DNA of 64,000 nucleotides, from NCBI RefSeq assembly GCF_009914755.1, contig NC_060930.1; one strand, 5' to 3'. The notes under the pieces are model-generated. The model was not told where the DNA came from. It made no database searches and was given only the letters and a program-made list of their open reading frames with translations. Each line of letters begins with the position of its first letter. Positions within the stretch are counted from its first letter, which is position 1. The position numbers were made by a program, and so were the translations under genes. Source of the stretch: the human T2T-CHM13v2.0 reference genome, Homo sapiens. Of this stretch, positions 52,956 through 64,000 are shown in pieces.

Positions 52956-54059
52956 TGTAAATATATTTTTAAAAAGAGATACTACACAAATTTTACCATA
53001 GTCATTATTAACTTAGAAGGCATTGAACATGGTTTTTAATATTTCAGATGCTAATGAAAATACATGTGCTATAATTAGGAATAATAGAAGAGGATCCAAG
53101 GAAAACAAATTTCACGTTTGCCTCACAGGCCAAACCCTATAAGGACTTATAAGGTTCTGGGGTACGTTTGTGTGTTTCTGACTTAAATGCCCAACTGAAT
53201 TCCCCTCCTGCATTTTGTCATATTTCCGTAAGTGTTACCAGGCCCCTGCTGAACTAGGTCACATAATGCAGCCTCTAGAAATGACAGTCTTTAGAAATAC
53301 GTAAGAATTTAAGGTGGAAATGAGACTTGAGATAGATAGGGCCAATTGGACTGTCTTTTCACGAACCCAGGGAATGAAACAACTTCTAGAAAGAATATTA
53401 TCTATATCTTATATTAATAGAACTCCAAATAAAATAATAAAATAATAATAAAAAACAAAATAATAATAATAAAAACAATAAAGTCCTTCATAAGTTTATA
53501 TCACGTATTAACAGGTTTTAAAATTTATTCTTTTTTTATGACATTCCTGTGAAGTAGCTATTATCATCCCCATTTTATCCATCTTCCATGAGATGGCGGT
53601 TGGCCATTTTGAAGTTCACACACTTTAAAAAATTAAAGAGATTTCAAGTATGAACTTCTGATATATAATAAATTTCATATCCTCATTTATCTTGATTTAA
53701 GTTTTTAAAAAAATCAAATATCCCCTTCTCTGTCACTCATGTTATATCCTTCTTCTGGCCATAGTTCTAATTCATCTGTTTCTCCTCAGTTGAAGCCAAG
53801 TTCCCACAGTTTCAAGAAAAAGGGGAATCTTTTCTGTTTTCATCCCAGGACTCCTGCTGAGACCCATGGAGTAACTATTCTCTTCTCCATCATCTGGCCT
53901 CTGCTGTAACAACATCAAATCTGCCCAGGGAAGTTCTCAGAACTCACCAGCGTCTGTTGGTTGGCTCTGTGCCTATTTCTAGCCTTTGGTGGCTAGACTC
54001 AGAATGACAGCCAGCCTCCAGTAGTACAAGGTGGAGAATTCCATGAGGGATGGACTCCA

Positions 54060-54170
54060 CCTTGTTCCTCTTTATATTGCCAGCACCTAATACAGTGCCT
54101 AGCATGCCTGGCACCTACTAGAGCTTCAGTAAACATTTACTGAATGAACGAATGAATGAGTAAATGAGAA
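54060..54170 (+). mobile_element. L2 3' end
   Basis: 'gcacctaatacagtgcct...taaacatttactgaatgaacgaatgaatga'. Confidence 0.75.
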
Positions 54171-55384
54171 ATTTGTATCTCATTCTATTGAGGGAAAAAA
54201 CTAAAAAACTAAAATGAGAGAGTTAAGCAAATTAGCCAAACTCATGATTGTTAGTGACTAAACCAGTCCTTGAAATCAGATCTATTCACTCCCATTACAA
54301 TGTGTTTCCTCTGTACATGTAATGTGTGGCCCTGTTGGTCATCTTCTCCATCCCTCTTAATTGCATCCCTAGCAGAGAGATTTCCTTCAGTTTTACTAAG
54401 CTCAGTTAGTGGGCCCCCTCTGTGTAATCTCTTGCCCCATCCCCACCCCTTAGAACCTATAATTTCTCCAAAATTGCATTGCTTTCATCATAATGCACCG
54501 TGTACTGCACAGTCCCATTTCACCTGGGCAACATGGTGTGTTGTCAGGGAAAAAGCATTTAACCTATATAACCTGCCATAATGTATTCACATCCCTTGCC
54601 ACAGGAACAGGATAAAACTTTTGTACCTTAGATTAACTATTTTATTACAAAATGACAACAATTGTAAAATTTCAAACTCTTTGGAAGGTGTAAAATGGAA
54701 AGTTAAAGTCCTAACTCCCACTACTAATTCTCATCACCTCTTTCCAGATGTGAATGCTATTAACAACATCTTGTGTCTCACCAGGAAGCTGTAGTGCAGA
54801 AACAAGCATATATACATATTCTTCCAACAAAAAACGCAATTGGCATTCATACTCAAAAACTATGTTGAATGGAGAAAACAAGCTTCAGAGTGTAGAAAAA
54901 TAAGAAAGCAAATTAAAGAGGTCATAGCATTTATGCAAATTTTAAAAGGCACAGAAATAATAATATTTTATCCATGTTATGTATGTATGAGAAATATAAA
55001 AATAGATACAAACTAAACCCATGTGATTCTCAAGAGGTGAGTAAGGTGCAAGGGACAGGGGATGAAGGACGAAAAGGCTTCAAATTTGTCTGGATTTTTT
55101 TTTTTTGCATATACACTCACCATACACACACACACACACACTCTGAAAGAAATATGACCAATGTTAAGAATTGCCCGTTGCAAGAGTAGGTTCATGGATG
55201 ACGCATTATTATCCGTACATTACTTATTTTAAAATGTATTTCAAATAAGACATTTAAAAGCAAAGAAGAAGTGGTAGATTCGTTGAATACACACCATTCT
55301 GCACTGTACTTTTTCCATTTTACTATGTTTCTCAGTTTTTATTATTTTAGCACAAGTAGATCAACTTCATTTTAAAATAGTTAC

Positions 55385-56133
<749 letters not shown>

Positions 56134-56221
56134 TTACATATCACTAAACTAAACTGTACACTTAAAATAGTTACAATGGTAAATTTTATGTTGTGTGTAT
56201 TTTATCACAATTTTTTATCAT

Positions 56222-56512
56222 TTGTTTTGAGTCTGGGTCTCTCTCTGTCGCCTAGGCTAGAGTACAGTGGCACAATCACCACTCACTGCAGCCTCAAACT
56301 CTTGAACTCCAGTGATCCTTCTGCCTCAGCTTCCTGAGTAGCTAGGACTACAGGCAGGCACTACCACACCCAGCTAATTTTTTAACTGTTTTGTGGAGAT
56401 GAGGTCTCACTATGTTGCCCAGGTTGGTCTCAAACTTCTGGCCTCAAGGCGATCTTCCTGCCTCAGCCTCCCAGAGTGCTGGGATTATAGGCATGAGCCA
56501 CCACACTTGGCC
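56222..56512 (-). mobile_element. AluJ
   Basis: J-type 'ctgcagcctcaaactc'; TSD cacaatttttt. Confidence 0.9.
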
Positions 56513-56985
56513 CACAATTTTTTAAATAGCCAAAACAAGGTTACATGATATTTCATTGTATATCAATCATTTCACCACTGCCCTATAGATGATCATTTAT
56601 ATTGTTTCCCTTGCTTTTTTATTTGCTATTATAAATACTGCAGTAATGAATGTAAACACATTTATATATTGTCACATGCATCCACCCTGGATAAAGAAAT
56701 TTTCCAAAATGACTTTGACTCACCATAGAATTTTAAATAAATTTAAAAATGACTAGAACTTGCAAAATTTTATATACATCCATTTATAAATGCAGAATTT
56801 AGCTAAGGCATTTCATTCATGGAAATTATTTATGCTTTGGGGCAAAACTTCCAGTTTCTTTAACATATTTTTGAGTTTAAAATGTGATTTTATTTAAAAT
56901 TTCACTGTTTGAAGTTTTTTTAGTGTTGGCTTGAGGTTTAACCCCAGGAGTCAATTTCCAGTTGTTTATATCTTAACAGGATTTA

Positions 56986-57493
<508 letters not shown>

Positions 57494-57840
57494 CTACGCC
57501 CCTCAACTCTCAAAGAAAAATTAAAAAATTTTTAAATTTAAAAATTAAAGCAGTGATGACCTTAAAATCCGTGTCAGCTGAGTGTGAAACTTTGCGAGAG
57601 ATTTCTGGTATTTCCCTGTACATTTTGGTCATGAAATTTTTCATGGGCTGTCTCATTAGAGGCATTATGTTAAATATTTCTCATTTTTAGCTTTTCACAT
57701 TTCACAGGTATTGTCAAATACAAGAATTAATATTTGACTGGAAATTTGGGTAGATGCACTATATTTAGTGAGGTTTAATCATGTGGCAATGCCCATAAAT
57801 GGAAGGCTGTGATTCACATTGCCACTGTTCAGGCTTTCCC

Positions 57841-57865
57841 TCTCTCTCTCTCTCTCTCTCTCTCT
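57841..57865. repeat. (TC)n microsatellite
   Basis: Direct reading. Confidence 0.9.
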
Positions 57866-60469
57866 TTTTGGAGGAAACACTGGCCAGCATCTCCCCTCTA
57901 TATTTGTGGGCATTCTTATATTGTTTTAAAAATATGGTGATGAGAATGAGTTGTATGTATTTTTAAAATAGTGTGCAATGGGAAACAAAAACAAAAGCAA
58001 TCATTCTTGAGATGTCTAAATCTCCCTGAGTTTTGGGACTATGTTCTTAATATCAGTGTGCTCACTCGTCCAAGTTTTCCTCTAGAGGGAGCTTGCCTTC
58101 TCTTCCAGACCTCGCCTTCCTTGCCCACAGGGACTGAAGCCTATTTCTTTATTTATGCATTTATTTTCACCTGAGCCATTAGGAGTCTACATATCCTGTC
58201 ATGTGACTATGCTCAGTAGCCGTAATAGCATGATGGAAGCTGGACATCAGCAGTGAAGAGGAAAAATGGAAAAAGAATCAAGTATGTTAATATTCTTCTT
58301 CTGAAGGTGGGGAGGGGTATTGAAGTTATCTTGCTATTTGGAGACAGATATAAGCTTGCTTTAAGAAGCACAAATATGATTTAATTAACAGTCATGTTTT
58401 TGCATTGCATATCACTTCAAGGATTTGTATATTATTGTCACTTGGTGATTGAAGAAATAGCTTTACATTTGAGCTCTGATAAATAATAAAAAAGTACAAG
58501 TAAGAAAGACAGATTTTAAAGTCTATAGCAAATGAATTGCTTTTTTAAAAGAAAATGGGATATGTGTACTATTTACATATAAATAATTCACACGACATTC
58601 AGGTACATATGCATCTGTGTATCATTTTAAATGACAGGCACCAATTTAATGGAGAAGCTAGGGCTCATTAGTTCCCTGAGTAGGATTGATTCTTCATAAC
58701 TGGAATGGTGCGTACAGCTCTTAGATAATTTGTAATGAATTGAATTTTCCCTCAGCATACTTAATTAGTGACTCTTTCTTTTGCTACTTAAAAGGATATA
58801 GACATTTAAAAAGATAAAAGTTTGGAAATTCTGCTAAAATGCTGGAAAGAAATTAAGCCTTCATGTGCATGGGCTCTATGGAAAAAAAAGCATGAGAAAA
58901 AAAGAAAATTTCATTTTGGGAGATGGAGATGGTAAGGGTTTTATTTCAAGAGCATCATATGTTTTTAGCCCATATGCAGAGTTATTTGGCAAATTCTACG
59001 TGATTTATGTCATCCTGTACCTTCTAGGTGCCTCTTGGCCACATACCTTGGATGACTGACTCTTCAGCTCCCGTAATGGTAAACCACAGGAATACTGGAG
59101 GACATTTCTTTCCTTGGGGTTTGCACACAGAGAGGTTTGCTTTTTACTACAGTAACTTATAGATAAGTTCAGTCCAAACAGAAATGCTGGCCCATGTACT
59201 GGGAAGTAGACAAACATAGATCTATAAATAAGTTCCTACTATGTTCAAAAATGTGTTGTTCTCATTGACCCAAGACCTGAAATGGTCATTTCTGGCAACC
59301 TGTGAAAATAGATGCTGTAGTAATTTTGGTTTCTGTCTCAGTTTTTATTAGAATTAGTGATTATTTCAAAACCCCACTATGGCATCGATTGGATATTTAG
59401 GAAAAATCTAGTAATTTTAAATTACATTCTCCTTTGAGGTGAATTCAAACTCTGCCCTGTCTTCTATGACCAACAGCACCTTATGTATTAAACTATGCCA
59501 AATATTAAAAATAATAGCTTACTGCTCAGAAAATGTAGAGGAAGCCAGAAAAAGTAGAGATAATTCAGTGGGCTGATAGTGTGATTGAATAGTTAAAAAT
59601 TCAGTGTCTATTGCCCTTCAGAGAGTAATGAATCCAATTACATATGCTCACATCAGATGAAGATTAAATGCTGTGGCCAAGGATGAGGAGTTTGAGGGCT
59701 GTTCATTGGTGGGTAACAGTATAGGGGACCTGTCTTTCCACATTAAAATGATTTGGATTAATAGAAAGCAAGTCTACCAGCCTGGAATAGAATAGGAATT
59801 CACCATCTCTGAAGTCAAGATATTTAAGAAAAGAAATGTATGACCTGAGCTGAGATGACATTCGCCTTGTCTCTGAATTTTCCAGGATACCATTTCAAGC
59901 AAAAAATATAGTCTGAATATATGTAATATATAAGGTTAGTACACAACTTATAATTAGCTTAAAATAGCAACAAAAATTGCACAGCCCTTACTTACTAGCC
60001 CTTACTTCTGAGAAAGGAATTCCACTTTCTTTCAGTAGTTTAATTGAAGAAGATTTTTTCATGCCTCCTTTTAAGATGTTTTCTCTGTCAGTCTGTCTTT
60101 TCAGATTTACAAGACCTAAAAAGAGGATCTATAATTACTGTTAATAGAACTGTTTAATTATTAAGTGATGTGAGATTCCAACAAACATAAGTTCCCAAAA
60201 CAATGAAACACAAAAAGCCAATAAAGATAAATTAATGTGAATAAAGTAAAACAAAGATGAGCTATAAGACAGAACAGATTGACCTTGTAGACACATTCTC
60301 AGGCTCCTGCTATGGGATGGTGCCACGTTAAATGTCCCACTACACCAAGGCTCCTTACCTACCTCTGCAACATCAGCCACAGCATTTCACATTGTTAACA
60401 GCAAATGACGCAGGGGAATATTCGGCATGAGTTTACCAAACAGTGAACATCAGAGTTTTGGATCAGGCC

Positions 60470-61467
60470 CAGGGGTGTGCTGCTAATGATAGTGGCAGGA
60501 GGCAGACAAATTCCTAGGCAGATAGGGGCGTGTCCCTGGTGAAACCTCGCCTCCAAGCCAAAGACAGCCTGAAACCTGAAAACCAACCTGCCAGTTTCGG
60601 GTAAAGTCCCTGAATGGAGTGCTTTTTCCAGGCTTCCCATGGACCAGTCAGCAGGCACTCGCCTATCCCATAAAAAACCTGTACTCAGCCACACATTGGG
60701 ACTACCCGCCTTTGAGTAGGGGCTACCCACTTCACATCCCTTCTCTACTGACAGCTGTTCTGTTGCTCAGTAAAACTCTTCCCCTCCTTGCTCACTGTGG
60801 TTGTCTGCATAACCTCATTCTTCTTGGATGCGAGACAAGAACCCGGGACCTGCTGAACAGTGGGGCAGAAAGGGGCTGTAACATTGGTAGCCCTCTTGCC
60901 CTCTGCTGGTGCTGGGCAGCTGCCCCATGCAAGAGCAAGTGACGGCAGGGCCAGGCCAGAAGCCACAGGCTGGAAGAGGGCGGTGGGAACAAACATACTG
61001 TAACACCCTCTTTGGGGTTCTGAGGTTGCTGCTGTCTTCAAAGTTTTCAGGCACCACCGCATTCCCCTCATCCAGAAGCCAGAGCCCAAGGTGGAACCAG
61101 GTCACAGCATGCATGGCCCAACTGAAGGCTGAGCTCAGATCCTGCTGTGAGCACAGGATCTGAACCACTAATGTGAGCCAAGCACATCCTGCTGGGCCAA
61201 GTGGGCAGAGCAAGGCCACTGGGCATGAGTGAAACTTGAGCAGAGGCCCTGCCAGCCACGGAGGTCTCTGGCTGGTGAAGTGGCCCTGAAAAAATCCTAT
61301 GTCAGTAGCAAGCACTCCAAAAAAGTCTTGATTTGTAGTGTTTGTCAGTTTTCATGGTATAAAGACTCCCACAATTAACAAATTCAAGATATGCAAGCAA
61401 CGTGACAGAACACAGTTTGGGAAATGATAATAATTGGCTCTTGTGAGTTGGCTTCAGTGCACCCCTG
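60470..61467. mobile_element. MER63A-like hAT element split by an LTR
   Basis: Termini caggggtgtgctg / cagtgcacccctg; 'tgatttgtagtgtttgtc'. Confidence 0.7.
60487..61304 (+). mobile_element. MER52-like ERV1 solo LTR
   Basis: Starts 'tgatagtggcaggaggcagacaaattcctaggcaga', ends 'aaaatcctatgtca'; GC-rich. Confidence 0.8.
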
Positions 61468-62481
61468 ACAGGCTATTTCTAAGCCTTGAAGCTTTTATCT
61501 GATTAACATGTATGAAAAGTTTTATAACCATTGGCCATTTTTCCAATCTTGTGCTGACCAAGGCATAGAAATAGAACTGTAGAGATGATCTGTTTTTAAT
61601 ACTTAGGAATATACCTTTATCCATTGGAGAAAAAATTCTAGGAAAAATGGCTACACTAGACAACATGTTCTGTTGTAACTGATGGCTCTTAAATCCATTC
61701 GCTTAACACATAGCTAACATAATTGTGAAGGACTGAAAACATTTTCTCTAAGGTCAGGAACAAGACAAGGATGCCTACTTCTATTCAACATTGTAATGGA
61801 AGTTATAGCCAAAACAATTAGACAAGAAAAAGGAATAGAAGGCATCCAAATTAAAAAGGAAGGAGTATTATTATCTTTATTTGCAGGTGACATGATCTTA
61901 TATAAAGTCATACATAATCTACAAAAAACTGTTTGAGCTAATGAGTAAATTCAGCAAAGTTGCAGGATACAGAATCAACACATAAAAGTAAGTTTTATTT
62001 TTGTACATTAGTGATTAACAATCTGAAAATCAAATTTTAAAAAAATCATCAAAAAAATAAAATACTTAGAGAACCAATTTAACAAAGGAAATCAAAGGGC
62101 AAAACTTGTACACAGAAAACTACAAAATATTGCTGAAAGAAATTAAGGAAGGCCTAAACAAATGAAAAGACATCTTTTGTTTGTGGATTGGAAGATTTAA
62201 CATTGTTAAGATTGCAATATTATCCAAGCCAATTACAGATTCAATGCTATACTTAACAAACATCCTAACAACCTTTTTCTCAGTAATGGGAAAGCTGATT
62301 CTCAAATTCATATGGAACTTCAAGGGACCCTAAATAGTCAAACCAATCAGGAAAAATGAAAACAAAGTTGGAGGATTCACAATTTCAGATTTCAAAACTT
62401 ACCACAAAGCTAAAGTAATTAAAACAATATATTACCACCATAAAAACAGAAATATATATCAACTGAATAGCATTAAAAGAA

Positions 62482-62754
62482 TTGGGTGGGGACACAGCCA
62501 AACCATATCAGTGGTCTCGGCACTCTTGTTGAAAATCAATCTGCCATACAAGTATGGATTTACTTCCAGTGGTCTTGACACTCTTGTTGAAAATCAATCT
62601 ACCATACTGTATGGAATGGTAGATTACTGTATGGAAATCAATCTACCATACGATATGAAATGATAGATTGATTTTCAACAAGAGTGCCAAGACCTATGGA
62701 AGTAAATCCATACTTGTATGGTAGATTGATTTTCAACAAGAGTGCCAAGACCAC

Positions 62755-62783
<29 letters not shown>
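62482..62783. repeat. Inverted repeat: 124-bp arms, 54-bp spacer
   Basis: 62482-62605 versus reverse complement of 62660-62783: 6 mismatches by manual alignment. Confidence 0.92.
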
Positions 62784-63423
<640 letters not shown>

Positions 63424-64000
63424 ACAACTTACTGTAAAAGGAATAATTTCCTTCACAAATGATGCTAGGACACATTCGATAGCTGCATGCAAAACACTGA
63501 AGTTGAACTCTTTCCTCCCACCATATACAAAAATTAACTCAAAATTGATCAAAGACCCAAATGAAAGAGCTAAAACTATACAACTCATACAGAAAAACAT
63601 AAGTTTGCTTTTGGCAATAGATGTTTAGATATGGCACCAAAATCACAGGCAGAAACAACAAAAATATAAATTGAACTTCATCAAAATTAATAACTTTGTG
63701 CATCAAAAGACACTATCAAGAAAGTGAAAAGACACGGAAGAAATTTTATTTGCAAGTCATGTATCTGAGAAGGGTTGAATATTCAGAATACATAAAGTAT
63801 TCATATCCAGAATACAAAATACAGCTAAACAACAAAAAGACAAGCAACACAATTTAAAAATGGGCTCAAGACTTTAGAACAGACATTGCTTCAAAGAAGA
63901 TATACAAATGGCCAACAAATATGAAAAAAAGTTCAACATGATTAGTCATTAGAGAAATGCAAATCAAAACCACAATGAGCTATCACTTCACACCCAGTAG

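Noticed and set aside
53425-53482. (TAA/AAAT)-rich tract as a retrocopy tail
   Set aside because: Low-complexity sequence with no identifiable body or TSD
60395-61315. Cluster of overlapping 60-166 aa ORFs on both strands
   Set aside because: Expected from a GC-rich, stop-poor MER52-like LTR; no recognisable domain
62511-62752. Repeated units of about 30 bp with short spacers, superficially CRISPR-like
   Set aside because: Units are L1-derived, occur in both orientations, the spacers are not unique, there are no cas genes and the DNA is eukaryotic

Overview
Primate (very probably human) nuclear DNA: AT-rich, CpG-depleted and dense in Alu (J/S/Y), L1 (PA/PB/MA/M), MaLR and ERV solo LTRs, hAT and Tigger fossils, L2 and MIR. 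The only gene-like signal is a strong + strand splice acceptor at 3606/3607 that opens a probable terminal exon and 3'UTR (AATAAA at 4660 and 5339) of a gene I cannot name. The rest looks intergenic or intronic. None of the supplied ORFs looks like a real protein; many are Alu, L1, LTR or hAT translations. There is no CRISPR, rRNA or tRNA, and I found no convincing new gene system. The most notable signal is structural: several old rearrangement junctions carry locally templated fold-back snippets (about 22.6, 41.07, 41.5 and 62.5-62.8 kb), the largest being a 124-bp x 2 quasi-palindrome across an L1/THE1 junction. Other observations are a probable L1 3' transduction, a poly(A)/TSD retrocopy of an LTR R region, an AluYd, dispersed 40-100 bp duplications, a hairpin element in unique DNA and a good CTCF motif. 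Repeat subfamily names come from recalled consensus sequences and boundaries are approximate; they need RepeatMasker/Dfam confirmation.
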